From: Chlorokybus atmophyticus
Lineage: Eukaryota > Plantae > Mesostigma and Chlorokybus algae
Direction of reading: 5' to 3'
DNA length: 64,000 nucleotides
Assembly (NCBI GenBank): GCA_009103225.1
Contig: RHPI01003041.1
Span: 205,439 to 269,438, forward strand
Below the pieces are notes generated by a model. That model did no database searches and was not told where the DNA came from. It saw nothing but the letters and a program-made list of their open reading frames with translations. A program made the translations under genes and the position numbers. Positions 1 to 11,414 of this stretch are shown here, in pieces. Every line of letters begins with the position of its first letter. Within the stretch, counting starts at the first letter, position 1.

Positions 1-46
<46 letters not shown>
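1..46. repeat. (TA)n microsatellite
   Basis: Uninterrupted TA dinucleotide run at the window start. Confidence 0.98.
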
Positions 47-48
<2 letters not shown>

Positions 49-1769
49 ACAGTGCACATGCCTATCATGATATAGCATGAATGATATTATAACGTATGTC
101 AATATTATCCTGACAAGTGATATACCCGCCTCAATAATCCTACAATCCGTCATAACATGTTACTGTACGCTATTTAACACTTAGGCTTACATACAATTAT
201 TGTATAAAAACATATAAGGTATTTTTTCTTTGAGCATTGTGCTCATATTGCAAATTACGTATTTATTATACATGCGTATTATATGCATGGCTGGTATACA
301 AGCTTCATTGGTGTACATACAAACACCAATTTATGTATACATATAAATGTTTCTATTCATTAAGAAAATTTATAAAACAAATTCTTATTATAGTTTCTTA
401 TACTTCAGAGGACAATAGTAATGTTCTTGTTATATATGATGCTCATTATACTTTCGCTCATTAAAGAGTCGCATAAAGCAAGCTTGAGAATATAAATGCA
501 TGCAGGTAAACAAATTGTAGCAAGCACGAAGGAAATGATAGCAAACGATATAAGCGACTAGGACCCAAAGCGAACTGCATTTAAAATGTTGTGCCCATTC
601 ATACATTATACAAGACATTCCGCATCCACATTCATAGCGTTAATGGATAGTAGGCGGTGTCGTGCCTTCCCTCATCGTGGCTCAAACTCGTCGTAAACCA
701 CATTGTCATGCATGTCCGCATGCTATTGTACAGCATGAGACCATGTTGTGTTGCATCATGCACCATATGTCATCACATGGAGTAGACACGCACGTGACAG
801 ATGCGTGTCCCCTTGCAGATGATAAGCAAGATAACCACAACTCGATTTGCAATGAGGCGTTTACTCATGTAGAGCAGTTCAAACTCAAGCCTCACTTAAA
901 GCACATGCTAAGACACCCCGTACAGTGCATTGAAGTCGCAACAATGACACACGCCCTATTATGCACATCAACGAACATGTGCACAAACACTATACATGCA
1001 AGCACTCGCACAAGCACATGCTTGCATGTATAACAACATTCGCTCGGCCAAGAACATCTTCCTAAAGGTGTTGCTTGCACTCTAGTAGGCCAACTTGCAT
1101 CCAATCAAACTAGGAACCAAGCTAGCAAAGCCTTGTAAACCACCGATGGGCCCAAGCCCAACCAACTACCCTAACTGTCAGTCTGCACCAGCATGGTAAC
1201 CGTCATCATAGCGTTGATGAGTAACGGTAGAGGTTTGGAAAGGCTTATCCCCTTCAAGTACACACTTTAAGACGCATCCTTTCACGCCCGCGGTCAAACC
1301 GCCACCCCAATTATAAGATATGCCTTCTCAACGTGATAACTCCAAACAGCCGCGCGGGATACTATAATGACTTAGATATAATGTTGGCTTGGTATCTGAC
1401 TATGGATTCGCAATGAACACACTTCCCTCACGTCCATTGGACCCAAATATGAGTTCCCTAAGCAAACCCAACACATAAACATAAACCCTGTACAATGGCT
1501 ATGAGAGCCGAAATCCCAAGGTCCATCCATGCCGCCAGCACCGAGGGCACCATGCTCATGACACTACATGCTCACGCATGACAGTGGCAACCACAATTGC
1601 AGCTTGATTGAACAGCAATAAGCGCAAGTCAGCAACCCACATTGCAGACTGCAACTTTCCCCCTTGTTATATGTAACACAAGGCACACACAACACACACG
1701 CACCGCTTGCACGCCCCGAATAACTCACGGCAAACGGTGTATGTGCAAATACAGGAGAGGCAAAGCAAC

Positions 1770-2016
1770 ACTCGGACACCCTACCAGAGATGACAGCGGC
1801 GACCATTCTCTTACAGCATCCTTGGCCCGCCGGCCAAGCGGACTCTAAGCTTCTCTCTCCCCTTACCGCCAGCTGGCGTGCGGGAGAAAAGGACGAAGCT
1901 AATGTTGCTTCTGCTGCTACTCCACTTGGCAGAGCAGCAGCGCCGGCAGCACAAACTCTCCCGCTGAACGCTTGTGAAGCAGATAAAGCCAAGCCCACTG
2001 TTGCCGCCATCGTCAT
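1770..2016 (-). CDS. Possible first exon of a host gene with an organellar transit-peptide-like N-terminus
   Basis: MTMAATVGLALSASQAFSGRVCAAGAAALPSG... is Ala/Ser-rich and low in acidic residues, like the transit peptides of other genes in the window. Downstream exons could not be identified. Confidence 0.3.
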
Positions 2017-2299
2017 AGCTCACCCACACACGTCTAAACGAGTTAATACCAGCTGCTCAACTGGTCATGCCGGCGCGCACGTTGAAGAGAGCTTTTTTCG
2101 GCGACTGCCACAACGTCGCAATATGTTTTCCCTGCCGGCCGACTAAATATTGGCAACGGCCGTGCACCTGAGGACACTAATTTAGACTGTCGTGGCTCAG
2201 GCCACCTGTAATCTTGATACAGGGACCTAGTAGTAACTTCCGTTATTGTAAGGCCCTTTTTGTTACAATTTAGTCTTTAACAGTTGACTATGCCTAACC

Positions 2300-2470
2300 A
2301 ACAGGCGCCTGTTAGTTACCTATCAGGCCTCAACAGGTGACTTTGTTTAATTAACAGGCACCTGTTAGTCACACACCAGGCCTTATTAGGTGACTACAAC
2401 TAATCAACGGGCACCTGTAAGTTATACATTAGTCTTACTTGGGTGACTCAGCCTATGTGACAGGCACCCT
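2300..2470 (+). repeat. 53-bp degenerate tandem repeat (~3.3 copies) headed by palindrome AACAGGC(G/A)CCTGTT; left subterminal repeat array
   Basis: Units start at 2300, 2353, 2406 and 2459, an exact 53-bp period. The first unit begins with the perfect 14-bp palindrome AACAGGCGCCTGTT. Confidence 0.85.
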
Positions 2471-2738
2471 ACACGCGACTGTCACTGACTTCCAGCATTG
2501 TTATGTGCCTGTGCTGTGTACATGTACCTGAAATGTGTACAGTGTCTCTCAGTCACTTGCCAAGGCTTGTAGTTCGATTATGTGACTCGAATGCATTTCT
2601 GTTGTATATCATAGGGATGCAAGTATTTATGTGCATGAGCATAATGACGATTGACTGAGCTGGTTTAAGATGCACAACACTCAGTCACAAGAGCCTTGTA
2701 GCTATGTACACTACCAGCTAAACGGACTACCAACTGCG

Positions 2739-4558
2739 CTACAGCTCCTCTCCATCATTGCTTTGCTCGTCATTACGGAACAAAGCACCACGCGCTGGGG
2801 CCTGTGGAGGAGACGCCGGAGCTTGCTCTTCCTCCTCAAACGGTTGTGCCAGCCAATCAAATGCCGCTTCTGCCTCAGCGAGCGGGTCACGAGCTGCTGT
2901 CTCTTGCGGCTGATTGGGATCTTTCAGGTATTTGACACAAGATGCAGTGCGGCGTTTCACAAGGGTGAATGGCTGGAGGGCTGCGTACCGTTGCCTCATC
3001 TCCCGCTTCATTGACATGATCATGGTGTTGATTTCGCTGAGGTACTCTTCATGTGTGTTTATGCTGTCAGCTAGGAGAGGGTCTCCATCCTTGCCCTTTA
3101 GGATGCGCTCCTCCCGCGTAGGTACAGGCATGTCTTAGTGGCATCGAAAGCCACTATTCACTGCAACGCGTCTGCAAGCCTGTAGTTTGGGGCTACAGCA
3201 TTCCTGAATTGCTAATGCTGGAGTTCAGAGTGCTCACCGTAAGCAACAGGTATGCGAGGTGGTTGACTATCAGCTGCCGGCGACCAGGTGTAGTGACGGC
3301 GTAAGACCAGCATTGCACGATCATTTGCCAGATTATGAGATTGCCCCATTCATGGACGTATCTCCTCCGCTCCGGGTCTGCAGTGTCGGTCACCTCTAAT
3401 CTCCGCTATGACTTGTCTGCGACAGTCATACCGACAAGGCATCAGTCACGAAATAGATAGTTCAAGTTGAGCCTGCACCAGGCTAGAATAGTGCCTGTGA
3501 CTTACTTTGGAGCGCGTTGCGCATCTGGGCTTTTTGGGTCTCGGGGTCCATTAGGGCGTCGATGTGCCTGATTGAATCGGTTACAATAGGCGAGATGAGT
3601 ACGTGTGTATGGAGGCTGAGTAAGAAGGCAGTGTTGCATAGCAGACATGGTGGTGAGGGACCCAACTCACTTGCGCTTGTTGCTGTTAAACAGTGTCCAC
3701 TTGTACTCCTTCTCAAGGACATGCTTGATCTTGGTGACGTTCTCAGACCGGACCTGCGTAGCTTTCTTCAGGGCGACACTCCAGTGGAAGGGGCACTCCT
3801 TGGGAGTCCAGTACACCTCATAGAACTTGGCCGCATCGGCCTCGTCGTCATGGTCGAAGCCAACTACCTGTCACGGGCAGGTTGGTCAGTGTCACGGTGC
3901 AGTGCGGTCATGAAGCATTCACAGCACCTGACACATGACGTTACGAATAGTGTCCTCCTTGGGATAAACGTGGCTCTCTACCCAGTGGCCGTTTATGATT
4001 CAACGACGGCATCTCGCAAATGCTGTCCACAGAAGAACAATCCGTTACACACATACACACATTGTCACAGTGTCACACAGTGCTTACCTCGTTGCCAATC
4101 TTCCACTTGCTTGGGGAAGGGTTGCTGACGGCCGAGGTTGCCACGTCACGGCTAAATGCGTTTGGGTTGGGGGTTCCAATCGACCCTCTGCAAGCACAAC
4201 CACATGAGTCATGCTGCCAGCCATGAAAGATGCAACCCTCACAGTTGCAAAAGAAGAACAACGTGCACAGTGTATCCAGAACGCATGCAGTGAGTCACTG
4301 TGCTAGTCATGATAGAAGCAAGCATCCAAGTTAGAAGTTGAGCAAGAAGCAACGTGCACAGTGCATCAAGAACGCATGCAGTCTAGCTTGCCCTTGCGAC
4401 TGCGGTGTCAGGTGGAGTTGTTGTGATGTGCTGGGCGTTAGCGCGGGGTCTTGCTGCGATTGGTTGGCGACGGTTGCCTGGTTGAACACTGGGGGCAATG
4501 TGGACAACTGGCGCCGACCTCCACGACGAGGTGCACTTACGGATGGACCACGAGGCAT
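2739..4558 (-). pseudogene. Element gene A: spliced gene of unknown function, frameshifted/nonsense-disrupted
   Basis: GT-AG-bounded exons give ...SKWKIGNE | HLRDAVVE(frameshift)INGHWVESHVYPKEDTIRNVMCQ | VVGFDHDDEADAAKFYEVYWTPKECPFHW...FNSNKRK | HIDALMDPETQKAQMRNALQS | ...HEWGNLIIWQMIVQCWSYAV...LLLT | ...MPVPTREERILKG...DGEEL*. No family recognised. Confidence 0.6.
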
Positions 4559-4740
4559 CTCTCCAACTGATAGTCGGGTGCCGCCTGTTTAGCTGTAAGT
4601 GGCGCTGCCGCCTCCAACGCTGCCGCCGCCGGTTGGCCCGCCCGAATGTATGAGGCGCGAAAACGAAAATGAGGCGGTTTTGAACGTCTAGAGTCCCGCA
4701 CTAGAGTCGCACTTGTAGTGCGTCCTTGCTCCTATGGTTG

Positions 4741-4900
4741 ATGGTACGACTTATGCATTCGTGCCATGCATGCTTCGTACAACCATTGATAACAATGGTT
4801 GTGTCGTAACATTTATGGTACGACAGAGGCATCTCTCGTCCAACCCCAGCGATTGCCGTACAATGGCTCTGTCGTACCATCCATGGTACGACAGAGGCAT
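4741..4900. promoter_or_regulatory. Cluster 1 of palindromic (T)CGTACCAT-N2-ATGGTACGA motifs between divergent genes A and B
   Basis: Perfect 14-bp-arm inverted repeat CTCTGTCGTACCAT-CC-ATGGTACGACAGAG at 4867-4896, a near copy at 4803-4832, and half-sites at 4741 and 4758. Confidence 0.6.
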
Positions 4901-4955
4901 TGCTCGATCAGCCCAAATGGGAGTTAGCATGCACTCACCCAAACACGCTTCATTG

Positions 4956-7900
4956 ATGGCCGGATGATGGCACGCAGGGGCACCAGGTCGATGACGGGTC
5001 GAATGTCAGGCTTGATGGGCCTGGGTTCGACTAGGAGGCGGAGGACCAGGAGTCGGAGGAGGCGGCGGCGGCGGCGGCGGCGTGGCACATCTTGCGAGAA
5101 GTTGTGGTCGTAAGAGTTCAAGCAGCGAAGCCAGCTACTACCGGTCGCCACGTCATGGATCATGGCAGGCGTCAGCAATGGGGCTGTCCAACATGCATCA
5201 CCAACATTGGACAAACCAGCAGGCAAGCCATTAAAGACCATCTTCACACAGAGAGCTGCTTGGTGGCTCGCTTTCTGCAACAGGGAGTGGATCAGGAGCT
5301 GCAGTCCTTGGAGCCCCTTGTCAGAACCATGCGGGACCAATTGCGGCTGTGGGAACAAGCACAAAGGAATGCAGAGGTACGCTCAACAGTCACATGCATT
5401 TCCTTGCAAGAGCAATTTGTTTTTTAGCGCAGTCCATGTGATATATGTAGCGTGGCTGCAGGCCTCCACTATTCACCCATACCCACCCTACAGTCAAGCC
5501 GACATTGCGGAAGCAAGAGCAGATAGACAGAGCTGGGCGGCGGTATGCTGTTGCTAATCTCGCTGTGCATGTTGACTGCAATGTCGGCTCCATGCCTACC
5601 TTTGCATGCTAGGATGTGCGTGAGCGTGCGAAGTCGCGCGCGCGTGCCGAACGAAGTAGGCTAGGTTTGAGCACAGGAGCGCGTGGCCATTCGTCCGGCA
5701 TTCAACCAATAGTGCATCAACCAGCAATGACGCAGTCCATGCAATCATACGTGCATCAACCAGCAATGCAGCAGGTGACTGTTCGAAGCAACCAACTGAT
5801 GACGGTGTGACGCAGTTGACTATTGCAATTGCAGCGTCGCAAGCATGCAGTTAACCCACATGTGATTGGTTGACAGCACCACAGTGCACTAGGTCATGTT
5901 GAAGCTCCTATGCAAGCCTAGATTCAATCCCATCAACTGGTCCTTCAATGCCACTTGCTGATGGGCGCGGCGGCAATACGGCATCAGTTTAACATGTTGG
6001 CCTGTTGAATCCCGACATGTCCATTGGGGCAGTGGCGCATGATGTGCCCATGGCTCACGAGCTCCGTGACGAGTCTGCCATCGAGGGTGGCGGGGAGAGT
6101 GCAGCCAATATCACCTTGTCAGCCCCCATGGCTTCCCCTGCTCCATGCAGCCCACGGGCCATTGAGGTAAGTCGCTGTCTTTTATGTTCGTGCCTTGGTA
6201 ACAATGCGTCAGGCACTGCATAAGCTTATACTCGTCCTTTGCAACATTGTGAGCCATCTTATCCTGGGTCCTGTATACAGCCCCCCTTGCTGCATGCACA
6301 AGTGGTCTCACCTGCAGCTCCTGTTCCCCTCCCAGCCAGAGCGTAACCACCTTCCGCGGCACCAGTCCTTCATGCACTGCCATCTCCTCCACGAGCAGCA
6401 CCGGTGATTGCGGGGCAACAATCCTTCTTGCCGCCACCGGCGAGACCACAGCACAATGCAACAACCGATGTGGCTTCTGCACCTACCTTACCCCACCCGC
6501 TACAAGTTGAAGCCGGCAGTCTGCCCCAAACTCAGGTACTTTATCAGTTCCTGTGACTCTTGCCGTCCACAGTTGGACACACCATGTGAGAGCTGTATGC
6601 GCATGCAGCAGGGGTTACCACCTGCCAGCGAGTCATCAGAGGAGCTGGCCGCAACCCGCATACGGCCATCAGTCATGATAGGTGGCCAGCTCGCCTCATG
6701 GGACCACTTCAATGCGCCAACGGATGGTAATTGCTTCTACCATTGTGTATTTCGCGCCAGGCCATCCATAGCGCAAAGTGTTATGGATGATCACAAGTAC
6801 CCCAGCTCGAGCAGATTTTGAGCCATGCTGGACACCATGGACGACGACGGTAGGGGGCACACTCTTCGCAAAATCACCGCCAAGGCTGTCGATGCAGGCG
6901 TGGCGAGCAGAATCCTAGACTTCTGCAGAGCCACTGGTGCCGCGGGAGAGATGACGCAGTATTACGACAAACTGCCTGCGACCATGTTGGCTGATATCAA
7001 CTGCAACATTGACCTAGCCATGGCCAAGGTGCGACAGATCGTGCGGAGAAAAGATGTGTACGTCGAGCACCTGCAGATGACCATGTTTGCCAACAAGCTG
7101 GGCTTGTTGATTGGCTGCGTGACCGTTCAGCGCAAGCATGGGGAGTGGGTGCCACGACCCGGCAGCGCAGTTTGGGTTGGAAATAAAGAAGCCCCCAACT
7201 CAGTGTTGGTGGTGGGCAACACTGCTCTTGATGAGCCAGAAGCACACTTTTGGCTCCTCAAGCCTGCAAGCACCGAACAGTGGTCGTGGCCTATGCATGA
7301 AGTGCCACCGGAGGTAACACACCTGATTGGAGAGTGGCGGAATGGCGTTGCCAATTCCCCGCTACCACCGGCTGTGACCCAGAGTGCTGCGCCAACGCCT
7401 CAGGCCTCGCCTTCGTGTGCTAGGCAAGAAGTAGCCGAGTGTTCTGCACATCCTGCCTCCCCTCAACCACAGCCACATGCTCGCAATCCCAATTCAGCAC
7501 CCTCCCTTCCTGCCGCGGAGACTCACTTGCCACCGCACTCTGACCATCCGGAGGCATCTCCATCAAGAAGCAGCTGTAGCTCGCCCTCTCCCTCTAAGCT
7601 TGCCACATTAATCCCAGCCTGTCTTGTTGGTAAAGAGATTGATCGAGGTGTCCTGAAAGCTGCGCTGAAAGACAAAGGCTTCATGCTCGACCTCATGAAG
7701 CAACATGAGGTCGTGGAGGAACGGGAGGCAACCAACAAGCGCAAGGCTGTGGAGCAAGAAGATAACGCCTTACCTCCTCTGAGTGACAGTGCCACGGAAA
7801 GCGCCTGCCAGGATGTGCAGGGTGACACAAAAAAGAAGAAGAAGGTTGTTGGAATAAAGGACGCTGACAGGACCCAAAAAGGAAAGGTGAGGCATCGTTA

Positions 7901-9020
7901 CAACATTAAAAGAAGCACAGCGCTCTGAAGCCTCACTGGGGCTGACTGTGTGTCCTGAGTAGGCACAGGCGGGTTTACAGCGTCAAGTGGCTGCTCAGCA
8001 TCGTCCAGAGAGACAGCCGGTGCGGCACGAGCTGCCTAAGCTCACAGCACCGACGCGCAGACGCTTTGGGGGGCTGACTCGTAGTGCAAAGGAGTTGATC
8101 ACCCTACAGTACGCCCAAAACGCGCTGCATCACCGCATGCGGCATGCCTCGAGGTGGGTGACGAAAGTTTGCAATAAGTGGGAGCAAACGCGGAGAATGC
8201 GGCTAAACAGACCTCTGGGGATTGGCCGTGGTTGGAACCCATACACGATATGGCCATCCGTAGTATGTTGTTGCCCCTCGCCGTCCTCGATATGATGGTG
8301 TTGTTGCTGCCGCAGCAACCCGGCAATATGCAAGAGCTATCTGCGGAGCAGAACTTCGACCTGCTGCAGCAGATGTACCTGTCGATGTAGACTAATGCGG
8401 GTTAAGATGTGTGCCACTACCTGAGCAAACATACTGGGTGGCAAGTAAAACCATTCGAGCTGTACTTGGCATGCTTTGGCTGGCAGTGGCTGTATGTCAT
8501 ACGGCACGTCGAGCTGATTCTGTGGAAGCTCGAAGAAAATGACGATGCAGCGGAGTACACGAGTGACAACAGCCATGTCGAGGGCCTGGATGAACGCATG
8601 CTGGACGAGACCATCAAGACTAGCAGGTGGTGTATGGCGGCAGATGGGTGTCAGGTGATCGAGCAGGCAGTGGAGCGTTATGCTACACCATTCAGATGGG
8701 AGTTGCTATGCCTGCGACGCGATAACAGAGTTTGGTGGCAGAGGCAGCTTGCACACCCGCGTGCACCATGTGTGCTGATTTGTCGCATTGAAGAGCCACC
8801 CCCCCCCAGCGGATGGGGAGACGCCCTGTTGCAAGAAAGCGATGTGCCATGTCTGCATCATAGCACATCAGAAGACTGTGGCAAATAAATCAAAGAATCT
8901 ACAAGCGTGTCCATTCTGCAAGCAACCTCACCCGTTTTGGTCGCCACGCCTGATGCAAGACGCCAACGTGTCGGCGGTGATTTGGCCCCCGCCTTGATGC
9001 CAATTGTGCATGTATTGTAG
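4956..9020 (+). pseudogene. Element gene B: large spliced gene with N-terminal CPxC...H...C zinc finger, low-complexity linker, OTU-like cysteine protease and unknown C-terminal domain
   Basis: WGCPTCITNIGQTSRQAIKDHLHTESC finger. OTU catalytic motif NAPTDGNCFYHCV (~6712-6750) with downstream YVEHLQMTMFANKLGLLIGCV and EAHFWLL (His). Canonical splice sites. In-frame stops at 5032, 5990, 6819, 8388 and 8403. Confidence 0.65.
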
Positions 9021-9285
9021 TTTTGTGTTGGCTTCCTGTGAACCATGTAGGTACATGTATAGTTGCAGCATGGTGCATGGTGCACTAGAGATCTGCTGTT
9101 GTTAGAAGCATTGGCTGTACATGTGTATGATGACTGCCCGGCGCATGAGTCAGTGCATGGCTTGCATACCTCGCTGGTTTAGAGCGTGGTTGACAGCAAT
9201 AAACTCGGACAGCGCTCTGGGTTCCATGGCATGACAGCACAATATTACTCTACGATTGTGGTAGTATGCGAGTATCCTTGTACTG

Positions 9286-9345
9286 TAGTACCATTAACAG
9301 ATGGAGTACCATTCATGTTGATGTAGTACCTTGCATGGTACTGCA
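9286..9345. promoter_or_regulatory. Cluster 2 of AGTACCAT/ATGGTACT motifs upstream of the Tudor-methyltransferase gene
   Basis: AGTACCATT twice, then AGTACCTTGCATGGTACT, within ~60 bp ending ~140 bp before the ATG at 9481. Confidence 0.5.
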
Positions 9346-9480
9346 ATAGCGTATAAGGTACAGCCGTGCTTCACTTGAAGTTTGACCCATTTGGGGTTCG
9401 TAAGCTGGCAACTCTAAATTGATGCCCATACCCTAAAGTCTCGCTCAGTTTATGGGCAGCCGTGCCGATTCCTATTTTGC

Positions 9481-11211
9481 ATGATGTCGGCGGCAGCAGT
9501 TGAATCACCCTCACCTAGGAGACCATGCTTGGTGTGCCCACAATGCAATGCGTACGTATGTGCCAATGGCTGTAGGCAGCAAATGCGAGCACACTTAATC
9601 GAATGCCAGCGAGTGCAGACAGTGTGCCACGGTTTTAGTGCTGCTTGCTGGCATCACACCACACACAATGTCGACGTGTTTGGCTGCCGCCTCGGCCAAG
9701 TGCTGTGCAAGGAACCCGAGTTTTTCCATTGCGTGCAGTGCGTGTGCGAATCGTGCTCGCGCTCATGCTTCGAGTGGCGAGGGGAACCCATGCGCTTCTT
9801 CACATGGACAACACCGGGACATGTGGTTAGTGGACAGGTGGTGGATGCTGTGGAGGTAATCCACAAGAGTGGACCGCGACGTATCACTGCATGTTATGTT
9901 GGGCGTATGCTTATTTCATGCATGTTGAAGCTGTTGTCGCATTCAGAGCAGTCTTGCACGGTGTGGGCGTGGGCAGTTCCATCCTCTGGCCGCTGTAGAG
10001 GAGGCAGACCATCGACCGTTGGACAGCGCACTGCATCGGCTGCGGAACGCAGTTAAGATGGGATGCGAGCAGCTGATCGGTGTGAGTGTCATAGTGCATT
10101 GGCCACTGGATGGGGAATGGTATGCGGGCGTTGTGGAATCATTCAAGCATGCGTCAGGTCAGCATCGCTTCGTGGCGTGCGAGATTGAGGACGCATCATA
10201 TATGCATGGTGCAATGGAAAATGTCTTTGCAGGGCAGCACCGTATAGTATTCGATGACGGTGATCGACCACAAACCATCAACTTCAAAGGGCACAACGTA
10301 TTCGCGTACACATCAGTTGACGGGGCACGCCATGTTCTGCGCGCCGGAGGGGAGAACGTCAGTCGCAAAGTAAGCTCGGACGGCATCATTGTTAGTCCCT
10401 GGCCAGCACCACGGCCAGCCTTGACCACATACACGCCATTTAACAACAAGCTGGGACGCACACGCAGACCAAGGGCACTCGACCTATTATGCGGCGGTGG
10501 CGGTGCCACTGTCGGTCTATACCACGCAGGCTTTGACGTGACCGGGATGGACATAAGTCCCTCCTCTGAGTACCCGCTGCCCTTCATACACCGCGATGTA
10601 TGCACCCTGAGTGCAGGAGAGCTGAGCGAGTACGAGCTCATCTGGGCCAGTCCACCATGCCAGGCCTATTCAGGTGCTATCCCGGCACCTCAACGGGCGG
10701 CACATGGCACATCCTGGAGACACCAGGATATGATACCGCTCGTCCGACGTCTGCTGCTTGCAAGCCAGGTCAAGTTTGTGATTAAGAATGTGCCAAGAGC
10801 AGCTTCCTCATTCAGTCACCCAATATGTCCCTTTGTGGCACAATGTTTGGCCTATCAACTTTCCGACACCGTCTGTTTATGACACAGCCAGTGGTAGCTA
10901 CCCCACCAGCACGCTGCTCGCACGCGGGCAAGGCAGTTGGACTGCTATCGCCGCACCTGTCCGCTAGCGCGAAGAAGACAATCGTGACATCAAACGCGCC
11001 ACAACAAATGTACCCGGTCTATGGCCTTCCAAGCACCAGGGGCGGCATTGCTGCGTGGCAAACAGCGCTGGGAGTGCCATGGATGACCTCGGCCGTTTCC
11101 ATAGCGAATGCAGTTCCTCCCGCAATGTCGGAGTGTATATGGCGTCTCATGCTTGAAACAATGGATATGCGCTGTGACTACCCTCCTGTGTCATGGAACT
11201 ATGAGGCTTGA
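9481..11211 (+). pseudogene. Element gene C: zinc finger + Tudor + C5-cytosine DNA methyltransferase fusion (one frameshift, ENV->KNV change)
   Basis: Exons 9481-9855, 9947-10157 and 10233-11211 join in frame via GT-AG introns of 91 and 75 nt. Tudor: LIGVSVIVHWPLDGEWYAGVVESFKHASGQHRIVFDDGD. MTase motifs: I (ALDLLCGGGG, 10472), IV (WASPPCQAYS, ~10649), VI (FVIKNVP, 10784), VIII (LCGTMFGLSTFRHRLF), X (IANAVPPAMSECI). Frameshift at ~10822-10827. Confidence 0.88.
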
Positions 11212-11414
11212 GTGTGGTGCACTCTATTAATGCTTAATGCCACACGGCGGACTGATTGTTGAATGTTGCATGGATCATTCGATTGTGGTGACAGTTGTGC
11301 AGTGACAGCTGCCCGGTATTGTACACGTCCACATGTAAAAGTCTTAGCATACGATTAGCAATGCCTAACTGACTGATATGCTCCAAACTCAGAGTAGTGA
11401 GACAAGTACATGTG

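Noticed and set aside
2300-2470. CRISPR-like array (regular period, palindromic head)
   Set aside because: The spacers are similar to each other, the repeats are degenerate, the context is eukaryotic and there are no cas genes. Better explained as subterminal tandem repeats.
3517-4128. 203-aa plus-strand ORF
   Set aside because: Antisense shadow of gene A, whose minus-strand exons have proper splice sites and protein-like composition.
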